From: Planctomycetota bacterium
GTDB lineage: Bacteria > Planctomycetota > PUPC01 > JACPCR01
Length of the DNA: 64,000 nucleotides
Assembly: GCA_016179685.1 (NCBI GenBank)
Contig: JACPCR010000051.1
Coordinates: 70,323-134,322 of the forward strand
Direction of reading: 5' to 3'
In this document: in pieces, positions 9,373-18,345 of the stretch
How positions within the stretch are numbered: position 1 is the stretch's first letter
Layout: each line of letters opens with the position of its first letter
Position numbers and translations under genes: made by a program
The notes under the pieces: model-generated
Told to the model about the DNA's origin: nothing
Seen by the model: the letters and a program-made list of their open reading frames with translations, nothing else
The model's database searches: none

Positions 9373-10092
9373 ATGGACAGGGATGAGCCGCCCCTTTCTC
9401 ATTCGCCGCTGGCGGTCCAGTATTATGAAAAGATGATGGAGGAGCGGCGTCACATCGGCCGTCCGGAAACGTTCAACGCCGCGGCGCACGTCCTGGCCTG
9501 TCCGGGCCGGAGCACGGACCACATCTATCTATATCTCCACGTGAAGGAGTCGGTGATTGCGGAGGCGCGGTGGCTCTGCCACATGGGCGATCCCTGGATC
9601 ATGATCGCGGGCGACATCGCCTGTGGGCTGCTTCAGGGCCGACGCGTGGAGGAAATCCTCAACCTCTCCCTGGCCGATTTCGAAAGGGTCCTGGGCGGCC
9701 CCGACACCGTCATCGCCCACCATACGGGTGCAGCCGCGCTGGTCGCTTACAAGGCCGGACTGGACTATACTGTGAAGGAAGCGCTGAAATCCGGTCCGGA
9801 GTCCCGCATCAGCCCGCGTGCGTTGATCCAGGAACTGGGCTACGAGGGGCGAGATGGGCAGCTTCGCCTGAAACGGCTGCTCGAAGGTCGTTTCTCGGCG
9901 GAGGGCCTCCAGCTTCCCCGTGCTCGTTTGGAGTCCCTGTGCGCCACGGGCAGCGTCCAGGACCTCAGCACGCTGGTGCAGGACCTCCTGGAGGCTCGAG
10001 CGATCGACCGGATACGAGCGGGCGGGATGGGCTTTCCCCGTTCGTTTGACGAAGCCCGCGGGAAGGCATCGCCCGCCCAGGGCCCCGAATAA
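9373..10092 (+). CDS. NifU/IscU-like domain protein with non-canonical ligand residues plus C-terminal extension
   Basis: Aligns by eye to the IscU core (ACPGRSTDHIYLYL ~ APACGDVMKL; ARWLCHMGDPW ~ ARFKTYGCGSA; IAHHTGAAALVAYKA ~ IHCSILAEDAIKAA). Only some cluster-ligand Cys are conserved. Confidence 0.5.
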   Translation: MDRDEPPLSHSPLAVQYYEKMMEERRHIGRPETFNAAAHVLACPGRSTDHIYLYLHVKESVIAEARWLCHMGDPWIMIAGDIACGLLQGRRVEEILNLSLADFERVLGGPDTVIAHHTGAAALVAYKAGLDYTVKEALKSGPESRISPRALIQELGYEGRDGQLRLKRLLEGRFSAEGLQLPRARLESLCATGSVQDLSTLVQDLLEARAIDRIRAGGMGFPRSFDEARGKASPAQGPE

Positions 10093-10135
10093 ACGATGCC
10101 GCGCCCCCGCGTCTGGCGCATCCCTGGCTTTCCTT

Positions 10136-11053
10136 ATGTCGCGAATCGCCTTTTTCTCCGAATTGCACGGCAACCTGGATGCCCTGGAAGCGGTACTGGG
10201 CGAAATCCGGGGCCAGGAGGATATCCGCCAGCTCTACTGCCTAGGCGATTTCGTCGGCTACGGCCCGAGCCCCAACGAGGTGGTCGAGCGGGTGCAGGCC
10301 TTGCCTGACCAGGGTTACTCGTTGCGGTGCAACATCGGCAATCATGACGCCGCAGCCATCGGACGCTATGAGTTCGTCGACCTCCACGACCCGGCCGAGC
10401 TGGAACGGGTCTGCAAGGCCGGCGGCTTCCCGGGCCAAAAAGACATCCTGAAGGCCTATCGCAACCCGGAGACCCGAAAGTATGTCCCGGTCAAGCCGGA
10501 CGCTCACCGGGCGATGGTCTGGACGATTCAGCAGCTTCGGGAGGGTACCCGGTCGTTCCTGGAGACGCGTCTCGAGAGCCGGATCGAGGTGATGCCGGGC
10601 GTGATCACGGTGCATGCCTCGCCCCGGGACATGATATTCGAATATGTCCGGAACGGGGAGATTGCTCAGAAGTGTTTGGAGTCGCAGGAGATGAATGGAG
10701 TCCAAATTTGTTTTCACGGGCACACGCATGTGCCCGTGACGTGGGTATTGCCGGCGGAGGAACGGATGAGCTACGGAGACAGCGTGATCGTGATGACGGA
10801 GCCGAAGCCGACGTATCGGGAGAAGGTAGAACTGGACCTGGCGGGAAAGCTGTATCTGGTGAACGTGGGGTCTGTGGGCCAGCCGCGGGGTCAGGACTTG
10901 AGGGCATGTTACGTGATTTACGACACGGAGGCCTCGCTGATCGAATTTCGGCGCGTGGCCTATGATTCGGCCCCGACGCGGGCGAAGATTCTGGCGGCGG
11001 GTCTCCCCGATGCTCTGGCGGGCCGGCTGGGCGGCGAGGATACGGACGCTTAG
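10136..11053 (+). CDS. Calcineurin-like metallophosphoesterase
   Basis: FFSELHGN...GDFVGYGP...GNHD...GHTHVP motifs. ATG at 10136 chosen because the upstream extension overlaps the preceding gene. Confidence 0.75.
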   Translation: MSRIAFFSELHGNLDALEAVLGEIRGQEDIRQLYCLGDFVGYGPSPNEVVERVQALPDQGYSLRCNIGNHDAAAIGRYEFVDLHDPAELERVCKAGGFPGQKDILKAYRNPETRKYVPVKPDAHRAMVWTIQQLREGTRSFLETRLESRIEVMPGVITVHASPRDMIFEYVRNGEIAQKCLESQEMNGVQICFHGHTHVPVTWVLPAEERMSYGDSVIVMTEPKPTYREKVELDLAGKLYLVNVGSVGQPRGQDLRACYVIYDTEASLIEFRRVAYDSAPTRAKILAAGLPDALAGRLGGEDTDA

Positions 11054-11083
11054 CGAAGCGCCGCCTCAAACCGAACCGTGTGG
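11051..11083 (+). repeat. Family-4 motif TAGCGAAGCGCCGC-CTCAAACC-GAACCGTGTGG (contains the phosphoesterase stop)
   Basis: TAG is the stop of the 10136..11053 gene. A partner GCGGCAAGCGCTTCGC 45 nt downstream can pair with GCGAAGCGCCGC. Confidence 0.7.
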
Positions 11084-11259
11084 TGTGAACGATCAGAACC
11101 GAAATAAGATGCGGCAAGCGCTTCGCCAAAAGGCTCTGCTTCGCAAAGCCGGAGTTTGTAAGGGGATACGGCCCTCTCCCGGCGCCTTTCAGTCTCCCGT
11201 GGAGACTTTGAACCTGGAAACTCGTTCGTCGAAAGTGAAAAAAACACTTCCGCACCCGT

Positions 11260-13818
11260 TTACTTATAGACGGGCGCGTAGCGGTAGTAGGTCTGCAAGC
11301 AGAGCGTGGCGAACGCCGTGGAAGCGACACGGCCGCTGAAGGTGCCCTCGCCGGCCGCGTCCGCCGGCCAGCTTCCCCGGAGGCTGCCTTCCCGTTCCTG
11401 CAGGGCGAGCAACCGCTCCTTGAACCGGGCGTTCCAATCGGTCCATTCTTTTCCGCCCACCTGGAAGAGGACGAGGGTAACGTGATGAACGGCGGAAAGA
11501 TTCTTGAAATCGGGTTCCCACTTGAGCAAGTGCTCGTGCAGGGAGCGCTGGATTTCACGGTCATCCTTCGGGTAGGAGAAGAACTGCCGGCAAAGGACGC
11601 CCAGGGCGGTGGTGGCCGGTGACGCGGCGGTGAGCTCATTTTTTTCGAGGTCGACGCCCGAGGCGGTGCCTCCATCCACTCGGTAGAGATAACGCAGGAA
11701 GTAATCGGCCCGCCGGAGGGTGGCCTCCGGGACCTCGAGGCCCGCTTCGGCCGCGGCGGAGAGCGCCAGGAACTGCCAGGCGCTCGTCCAGGTATCGCAG
11801 CCGGGCCCCGTGGCGGAGAAGCCGCCTTGCTCGCCCTGGTTTTCCACGATGCAGCGTACGGCCCGTTCGGCCGGTGCCCGAACCGATGAGTTGCCCGTCA
11901 TCCCGTAAATCTCGCACAGGGCCAGGGTGGAAACGCCATGGTCGTCCATCGACGATCCCTGGAACTCGAACCGGCCATCCTCGCGCTGGTTCTTGAGCAG
12001 CCACTCTACGGCCCGAGACGCCACGGCCGCATGCTGGCCGGCCTCCGGCGTGTTTCCAGAGGCAAGGAAGGAGAGGAGGGCGAGGCTCGTGACGCCCAGG
12101 GCGTGGTTCGAAGCCGTTCCGGCCGGCTTCGTTCCGGGTGCGGCGTGCTTTGCCGGGTCCCAGAACCCGGCGGGCTCCTGAGCCATGGCCAGCCACTGGT
12201 GGGCGTCGGCGGCCGCGGCCAACGTGCCTTCGCCACCCAGTTGACGGGTGGCGAAGCTCTGGCCAATGGCGGTACGCATCCGATATTCGTCGCCCCGGAT
12301 CACCTTATTGCGGCTCTTGTAGAACCACATTCTCCAGAGGCCGACCGCATCGGCCTGCTCTTCAGGGGGCCTTCGGGGATCGAAGGCGATATTTTCCGTG
12401 CTGAGCTGCCTGAGGGCACGGTCGGAGGCCTCACGCACGGCGGCGTCGGCGTGCGCGAGGCCGAGGATGAGGGCCGGGATGGCCGATTCATCGCCGCATC
12501 GGCCGATCGAGGCGGCTGCCGCGGCGCGGACCTTGGCGGAAGAGTCCTGCTGGAGGCTTTCGGCCAGGGCCTGGACGGACCGGGCGCTGCCGAGTCGGCC
12601 CAACTGCGTGGCCGCCCACAGCCGCACCTCCTCATTCTCGTCCTTGAGCGCTTCGCGGAGCGGATCGAGGCAGAGCCGGTGCTCCAGCTTGACCAGGTCC
12701 TGGACCGCTCGTTTGCGCGTCGTCAGATTCTTGTTCTTGAGCTGCTGGCGCAGGCCCGTGAGCTTTTGTTCCAGGGCGCTGAGTATCTGCCGGCGAAACT
12801 CCGCTCCGGCCTGCGCCGTCCGGGCCAGTTCCTCCTCGTCGCGCTGGGCAGGCGGGGGCGGCGCGGCGATTTCGGCGGCCACCGGGGGCGGCAACTCGTC
12901 CGGGGGAGGCTCGAGATTCTCGATGGCGATCGAGGGTGGCCACTCATCGGGCGCAGGGTCCTCCGGCTGCACGCTGGTGGTGGTCGAGGTGCTGCCTACC
13001 GAGGCCGTCGTTCCCGTGCCGGGGTCCGCAGCCGTCCCGGAGGCGGCTGGCGGCGTCTCGGTCCCGGCCTTCGAGGAAAAGAGGAAGAACCAGAGGCCGA
13101 GCCCGCCGAGGCCAAGCAAGAGGGCGGCAGAAGCAGAAGCCAGCAGGATGAGTTTTCGCCTTTTTATCTTTTTCTGTCCCAGGGCTGAGGCCATGATCGC
13201 ACGGCACTGGGAGCACAGGACGCCGGTGCCGGGCATATCCTGGAGGCAGGCCTTGCAGAAGGAGCGCTGGCATTGCGGGCACTTCTCCGTGGCCGGGCTT
13301 TCAGGGTGCTGCGGGCAGGGTCCCCCGGATCCTTGTCCCGCCGTCGCCGAGGAGTCGGGGGCTGCGGGCTTCGAATCCCCCTCGAGCTGAAGACTCAGGT
13401 TATCCAGCTTCTGGCTCAACGCGGCCGATGCGGAGGCCGCATCCACGACGGCATCCGGAGCGGGGTCTCCGCCGGGAGCGTGTTCGGGCGGAGGCAGTTC
13501 GAGCGAGGCGCCTTCGAGGGGCGCCTCTTCGAGGGGCGGCGCATCGAGGGAAGGCTCCTCGAGGCCCGGCGGCACATCGAGGGAAGGCTCCTCGAGGCCC
13601 GGCGGCGGCTGGGGAGCGGCCTCCGGCGCTCCCGTTCCCGCGGCCGGGGCCGGCGAGCCCGGTCCCTTTCCGGCCGCGGTGTCAGCCGCGGGGCCGCGCG
13701 GCAGCGACGCGGGAATCTGGAGAGTGGCTCCACACTGGCCGCAGCGCACCTTCTTACCCAGCAGACCTGCGTGGATGGGAAGTTTCTTGCCGCAGCGGCA
13801 AGTAATCAACATGGCCAT
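11260..13818 (-). CDS. Multidomain envelope protein: two N-terminal Zn-ribbons, TM helix, Pro-rich linker, HEAT repeats, prenyltransferase/squalene-oxidase-like alpha-toroid repeats
   Basis: CRCG...CGQCG and CPQC...CSQC ribbons; TM LILLASASAALLLGLGGLGLWFFLF; HEAT repeats (VRLWAATQLGRLGSARSVQAL...); QW-like repeats (AVEWLLKNQREDGRFEFQG, VENQGEQGGFSA). Confidence 0.7.
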   Translation of the reverse strand: MAMLITCRCGKKLPIHAGLLGKKVRCGQCGATLQIPASLPRGPAADTAAGKGPGSPAPAAGTGAPEAAPQPPPGLEEPSLDVPPGLEEPSLDAPPLEEAPLEGASLELPPPEHAPGGDPAPDAVVDAASASAALSQKLDNLSLQLEGDSKPAAPDSSATAGQGSGGPCPQHPESPATEKCPQCQRSFCKACLQDMPGTGVLCSQCRAIMASALGQKKIKRRKLILLASASAALLLGLGGLGLWFFLFSSKAGTETPPAASGTAADPGTGTTASVGSTSTTTSVQPEDPAPDEWPPSIAIENLEPPPDELPPPVAAEIAAPPPPAQRDEEELARTAQAGAEFRRQILSALEQKLTGLRQQLKNKNLTTRKRAVQDLVKLEHRLCLDPLREALKDENEEVRLWAATQLGRLGSARSVQALAESLQQDSSAKVRAAAAASIGRCGDESAIPALILGLAHADAAVREASDRALRQLSTENIAFDPRRPPEEQADAVGLWRMWFYKSRNKVIRGDEYRMRTAIGQSFATRQLGGEGTLAAAADAHQWLAMAQEPAGFWDPAKHAAPGTKPAGTASNHALGVTSLALLSFLASGNTPEAGQHAAVASRAVEWLLKNQREDGRFEFQGSSMDDHGVSTLALCEIYGMTGNSSVRAPAERAVRCIVENQGEQGGFSATGPGCDTWTSAWQFLALSAAAEAGLEVPEATLRRADYFLRYLYRVDGGTASGVDLEKNELTAASPATTALGVLCRQFFSYPKDDREIQRSLHEHLLKWEPDFKNLSAVHHVTLVLFQVGGKEWTDWNARFKERLLALQEREGSLRGSWPADAAGEGTFSGRVASTAFATLCLQTYYRYAPVYK

Positions 13819-13836
13819 GGTAGGACGTATTATAAG

Positions 13837-13860
13837 GCGCGAAGCACCTGCCTCAAACCG
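13837..13860 (+). repeat. Family-4 motif, diverged (GCGCGAAGCACCTGCCTCAAACCG)
   Basis: 2 mismatches to the consensus GCGAAGCGCCGCCTCAAACCG; in the 164-bp region between the divergent 13818 and 13983 starts. Confidence 0.45.
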
Positions 13861-13982
13861 TCAAGCGTTGTTCCCGATTCAACGTGCTTTCGTGCCCCAA
13901 ATTTTTCCACCTCGGTACGGGAAGTTCCTATAATGTGGACTCGAATCGTCTCCCCTCATCCTTATTCCCACGACTTTTTTTC

Positions 13983-15146
13983 ATGGAACAATCATTCTGT
14001 CGAAAGTGGTCGTGCGTCTTCTGTTGCCGGAAGCCGCTTCCGGGCCTGCTCCTGGTCATCGTTGCACTTGGAGGCGCAGTGCTCGCCGGCGCGTGGACAC
14101 CCGCGTCCGGGTCCGAACGTGAGGCTGGGAAGCTCCTCCCGGCGGGGGGCACGGGGACAGCACCTTCGTCCCCCGTCCAGCCGGACTACATCCTGCTGGA
14201 CGAGGTCCAGGCGGCATTCAGCCTGGACCTCGAGGTGGACCCGGTCACGAGGGTCCATCGGTTGCGGAGCGGCCTCATGGAGGTCTCTTTGTGTCCGGGG
14301 ATGGCGCACATCCTGGTGGACCAGACTCTTCAGCGGCTGCCGATGCCGGTCCTCTGTGTCGATGGGAAGACGCTGGTGCCTGGGGAACTGGCGCGCCTCA
14401 TGCGGGGTCGTATGGCGCCGGCCAAGCCGAGCGTGCCGACCCTGCCCCGGCCCCAGGCTTTCGCGCCCGAGCCAAGAATCCAACGGGTCGTGGTGATCGA
14501 CGCGGGGCACGGAGGGAAGGACCCTGGCGCCATCAGCAGCAGGGGACTTCAGGAAAAAGAAGTCACTCTGGGCGTGGTGGAGCGGCTCGGCCGCATGCTG
14601 GAGGCGCGGGGACACCGTGTCATCCTGACGCGTTCCCGCGATCACTATTTGACCCTGAAGGAGCGGGTGGAGCTCTGCCAGCGGGAGCAGCCGGATCTTT
14701 TTGTCTCGATTCACATCAATTCGAGCCCGAATCGTTCTGCGGCGGGCTTTGAGACCTATTTCAGCGCGGCGCGCCTGGTTCTGGGTGCCGACGGGGACTC
14801 GGCCCCGAAGATGGGCGACCTGGACCGGCGTCTGGGGGATGCCTGTGCCCGACTCTCCAAGGAGGACCGGGAGTTTCTTTACTCTCTTACTTTTGCCGAG
14901 TTTCAGGCCGAGGGTGAAAGGCTGGCCCGTGCGATCCAGGCGTCGTTGTCTTCATCGTTGTCCGCCCGGCTGGATCGCGGCGTGAAGCCGGGCCGTTGGT
15001 ATGTCGTGCGCTGGTCTCAGGCCCCGGCCGTGCTGGTCGAGCTGGGGTTTCTCTCTCATGCAGCCACGGAAAGCCAGATGAAGACGGACGCCTATCGGGA
15101 GCAGCTCGCCCAGGCCCTCCTCCGAGGGATCGAAAGCTACTTTTAA
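13983..15146 (+). CDS. N-acetylmuramoyl-L-alanine amidase (AmiC-like, Amidase_3)
   Basis: VVIDAGHGGKDPGA, FVSIHINS, AVLVELGFLSHAATE motifs; N-terminal signal/TM. Confidence 0.8.
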   Translation: MEQSFCRKWSCVFCCRKPLPGLLLVIVALGGAVLAGAWTPASGSEREAGKLLPAGGTGTAPSSPVQPDYILLDEVQAAFSLDLEVDPVTRVHRLRSGLMEVSLCPGMAHILVDQTLQRLPMPVLCVDGKTLVPGELARLMRGRMAPAKPSVPTLPRPQAFAPEPRIQRVVVIDAGHGGKDPGAISSRGLQEKEVTLGVVERLGRMLEARGHRVILTRSRDHYLTLKERVELCQREQPDLFVSIHINSSPNRSAAGFETYFSAARLVLGADGDSAPKMGDLDRRLGDACARLSKEDREFLYSLTFAEFQAEGERLARAIQASLSSSLSARLDRGVKPGRWYVVRWSQAPAVLVELGFLSHAATESQMKTDAYREQLAQALLRGIESYF

Positions 15147-16120
15147 TGGAATATCTTTTTGCTTTTCTTTTCGGGGCCGTGGTGGGAAGCTTTGCGAATG
15201 TCTGCATCTATCGCTTGCCCCGCGACATTTCCCTCTATCAGCCCCGATCCCGTTGCTCCTTCTGCGGTCAGCCGATCGTCTGGTACGACAACATTCCTCT
15301 GCTGAGCTTCCTGGCGCTCCGCGGCAAGTGCCGCTCCTGCCAGAGCTTCATCTCCTTCCGTTATCCTTTCGTCGAATTTCTCGTCGCCGCGCTCTTCGTC
15401 CTCTGTTACCTGCGAATCGTCGCGGCCGCGCCCGGCTACCCGCCGATCACGGACCCGGATTTTGTGGTCCGCTTCTGGTTCCGGCATCCGGACGCGGTCT
15501 CGGCCTGCGTGATTGGCTGCTTTTTCCTGGCGGCGCTGGTCGTGGCGACCTTCATTGACCTGGAATACCAGATCATTCCCGACAGCATCACGCTCGGGGG
15601 TCTCGCCGCGGCGCTGATCCTCAGCGCCCTGTTCCCCTGGTGGCATCGGCCCGCCGACGTCCTTCTCGATGACGTGCTGCTCGCCGGCCGGATTCCGGGG
15701 CTGGGCTGGCTGGCCGGCCTGAGGGCGGCGCTGGACTGGATCGGCAGCGAATGGTCTCCGCATGCCCGGGGCCTGTTGAGCTCGCTGCTGGGCGCAGCCG
15801 TGGGCTCCGCTTCGGTCTGGATCACCGGATTCCTGGGCAAGTGGCTGTTCCGCAAGGAGGCCATGGGCTTCGGCGACGTCAAGTTCAATGCCATGATCGG
15901 GGCCCTCCTCGGCTGGAAGGTGGCCATCGGCACGCTCCTCCTCGGCGCCGTGTTCGGGGCCGTCGGCGGCGTCGCCGTTCTGATCCGGACCCGCCAGTCC
16001 CGGATGCCCTTCGGGCCCTTTCTTTCGCTCGCCGCGGGGCTCTTCCTCCTCTTCCCCCAAGAACTGTTCCTGCTCCCTGAATGGTGGTCCGGCTGGGTCA
16101 ACCGAATGCTGTGGGAATAG
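15146..16120 (+). CDS. pilD: Type IV prepilin leader peptidase / N-methyltransferase (A24 family)
   Basis: N-terminal CxxC...CxxC zinc knuckle, polytopic membrane profile, catalytic Asp motifs (IDLEYQIIPD, GFGDVKF). ATG overlaps the amidase TAA by 1 nt (TAATG). Confidence 0.85.
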   Translation: MEYLFAFLFGAVVGSFANVCIYRLPRDISLYQPRSRCSFCGQPIVWYDNIPLLSFLALRGKCRSCQSFISFRYPFVEFLVAALFVLCYLRIVAAAPGYPPITDPDFVVRFWFRHPDAVSACVIGCFFLAALVVATFIDLEYQIIPDSITLGGLAAALILSALFPWWHRPADVLLDDVLLAGRIPGLGWLAGLRAALDWIGSEWSPHARGLLSSLLGAAVGSASVWITGFLGKWLFRKEAMGFGDVKFNAMIGALLGWKVAIGTLLLGAVFGAVGGVAVLIRTRQSRMPFGPFLSLAAGLFLLFPQELFLLPEWWSGWVNRMLWE

Positions 16121-16196
16121 GCGGCCGAGTCCAGGGCTCGGACCCGTCTCGGATATACACGGAAGTGCAGGTGCGCTTCCGTTCCTCGAACCTCGC

Positions 16197-16226
16197 TTGA
16201 CAAGATTCCTGGCTTTCCTTCACAAT
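16197..16226 (+). promoter_or_regulatory. Candidate sigma70-like promoter (TTGACA - 17 nt - TCACAA) upstream of the 16320 gene
   Basis: Sequence cttgacaagattcctggctttccttcacaatg sits about 95 nt upstream of the start. Confidence 0.3.
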
Positions 16227-16319
16227 GCGGGCGCACTTCTGAACCGGGATACTCGTTCGGGATGTCCAAGGGGGATTTCGGGTCGAGAAGCTCCTCCAAT
16301 CTCGGTGTAGCGAGCGTTG

Positions 16320-18290
16320 ATGGACCTGATCAAGGGCGGTGAAGCGAGGGCATTCGTCACGGTGCACCTGGGCGGTGAGCCGGCCGTGCAAGCTGCCCAA
16401 TTTTTCATCCGGAAGTTCCAGGAGAAGTCCGGGGTCAAGCTGGAACTGAGGCGCGCGGTGGGATTCGACGACATCACGCGGTGCTTGCAGGTCAGCCTGT
16501 CCCTCTCGAGCGTGGACGGGCCAGGGGACAAAGCTTGGAACACGCCGGGCATGCAGGGACGGCAGACGATTCCAGCGGACGGTTTCGCGGCGGACGTGGC
16601 GCGGGTCGGGAAGGATGTCGGGGTGGTGCTCTCGGCGCCGAGCGTCGGGTGCATGATCATGGCGATGGGCCAGCTCCTGCGGGGCATCGAGTTCGGCCGC
16701 CAGGAGGCCCGGATCGTCGCGTTGCCCCCGCGGGCCTTTCAGCCCGAGAAGGCGGTACGGGGCGTCATCCTCGCGCTTCCACCCGGCGGCGAGTACGCCG
16801 TGTGGCCGGACGCGGAACTGCGCGCCCTGTTCGAGGATTGGGCCTTCTGGGGCATCAACACGATCCTGACCCGCTACGACATGCACGCCTTCCGGAGCGA
16901 TTTCCGATCGGACCCGGAGGGATCTGGCAGTCAACTGCTGCGGCGTCACCAGGCGATGGCCCGGATGGCCCGGGACCTCGGAATGAAATTCGGGCTCGTG
17001 ACCGTGGCGAACAATGCCTATCTCGACCGCGTCATGGTCAACCTTCGGGCGCACGATAGCCGGACGGACCCCCGCCGGGGAGGCAGTCCGGCGCTCTTGT
17101 GTCCCTCGGCCCACGAGGGCCGGGCGTTTCTGCTGCAGGATCGGGAAGAAGTTTTCCAGGAGATGGAGGCGCTGGACTTGCTGTGGTTATGGCCGCTGGA
17201 CCCCGGCGGTTGCTGGTGCGAGCGGTGTCAGCCCTGGGTGAAGACCTTTCTGGGGCTGTCGCAGGAGATTGCGCGGACGATGAAGCGATATCATTCGAAA
17301 GCGAAGGCGTACGTCGCCACGCGGTGGTTTCTGCCCGGCGAGTTCGACATTCTGGAGGAATATCTGGCCACGGAGCCCGACTGGCTGGACGGGATCGTTC
17401 TGGACGAAGCGGACCTGAAGCGGCACTTCCGGAATGTGGCGGACCTGAAGCGGCTGGCCGCGCGGTTCTCTGAGAAATGCCCCATCCTCTTCAGTCCGGA
17501 TATTTCGCTGTCCCCGTTCCAGGCGGGTGATCGGATGTGCTTCGAGCGCGGCCGCCTGGGCGCGAGCCCCCGCATCCGGGGCATGCATCGGCAGATCACT
17601 CATCTCGCGCCGTTTCTGTCGGGAGTAGCCCCCCAGAGCGAGACTGTCGGGGACGACCTGACGAAAGTGGCCTATGCGCAATGGAGCTCGCGGCTCGGAG
17701 AGCGGCCCGAAGAGGTTGTCCGAGACTATTGGCGGTGGCATTTCGACAGGGACACGGACCCGGGGTACGAGCTGGTGTCCCGCCTCGAGGAGAACGCGGC
17801 TCATCTGAGCGAGGCGGGCCTGGCCCGCGAGGTCAAAGCCCTGACGCAGGCGCAGAAGAGGCTGCTCGCTCCGGTCCGCGAGCAATGGCGGTGGCGGGTC
17901 TTTGCCGCGCGGGTGGAGTTGGACACGCTGCTGGCCGGGATCGGCTTCTCGGCCGAGGATTTTGCCCAAGCGGCCAGCCGACTGCGCAGGGCCGCTCGGG
18001 CCCGCACCCGGGCGGGCATGCTCCGATCGGCCCAGGAGGTCGCCCGGGCTCTCCGCGAGCGCGAGAAGCGCGTGGAAAATTTCGCCCGCGCGGCCGAGTC
18101 GCTCCAGACCCGGGTCTATCGCATCGGGCCCGAGCGGACGGCCTCGGCTCGTGGGCTTCAGCTTGCGGAAGACTGCGGCCGAGGTCCCGGCCGTTCCTGG
18201 ATTCGCCGCATCGAGCAGGCATTCAGGGAGAAGACGCTGGCGGGCCTCAAGGCTGCGCTACTCGCCACGGCCCGGGAGATGTGCCCCTAA
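16320..18290 (+). CDS. Hypothetical protein (656 aa); possible glycoside-hydrolase-like fold with CxC...C metal motif
   Basis: Long ORF with a coding-like composition; the antisense ORF 16098..17114 looks like a GC artefact. Motif WPLDPGGCWCERCQPW. Family assignment not possible by eye. Confidence 0.55.
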   Translation: MDLIKGGEARAFVTVHLGGEPAVQAAQFFIRKFQEKSGVKLELRRAVGFDDITRCLQVSLSLSSVDGPGDKAWNTPGMQGRQTIPADGFAADVARVGKDVGVVLSAPSVGCMIMAMGQLLRGIEFGRQEARIVALPPRAFQPEKAVRGVILALPPGGEYAVWPDAELRALFEDWAFWGINTILTRYDMHAFRSDFRSDPEGSGSQLLRRHQAMARMARDLGMKFGLVTVANNAYLDRVMVNLRAHDSRTDPRRGGSPALLCPSAHEGRAFLLQDREEVFQEMEALDLLWLWPLDPGGCWCERCQPWVKTFLGLSQEIARTMKRYHSKAKAYVATRWFLPGEFDILEEYLATEPDWLDGIVLDEADLKRHFRNVADLKRLAARFSEKCPILFSPDISLSPFQAGDRMCFERGRLGASPRIRGMHRQITHLAPFLSGVAPQSETVGDDLTKVAYAQWSSRLGERPEEVVRDYWRWHFDRDTDPGYELVSRLEENAAHLSEAGLAREVKALTQAQKRLLAPVREQWRWRVFAARVELDTLLAGIGFSAEDFAQAASRLRRAARARTRAGMLRSAQEVARALREREKRVENFARAAESLQTRVYRIGPERTASARGLQLAEDCGRGPGRSWIRRIEQAFREKTLAGLKAALLATAREMCP

Positions 18291-18345
18291 TTTCCCAGTT
18301 CAGAAGTGCACCAGCATTTCTGAAAATGTGCCGAGCGCGGATGGA

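Noticed and set aside
9920-11053. 377-aa version of the metallophosphoesterase ORF starting inside the upstream NifU-like gene
   Set aside because: The N-terminal extension is Arg/Pro-rich junk overlapping the preceding gene. ATG 10136 gives the canonical start immediately before the first phosphoesterase motif.
16098-17114. Long antisense ORFs opposite real genes (this one, also 2416..3327-, 7977..9080-, 10605..11675-, 11938..13188+, 13273..14496+, 15143..16060-, 17902..20214+, 21088..22155+, 30391..32214-, 32840..34075-, 34417..35475-, 36084..38666+, 43611..44930-, 47432..49309-, 52917..53981-, 54888..56072-, 55660..57594-)
   Set aside because: Typical high-GC shadow ORFs. Their translations are Arg/Pro/His/Gly-rich with no motifs, and the opposite strand carries clear domain signatures.
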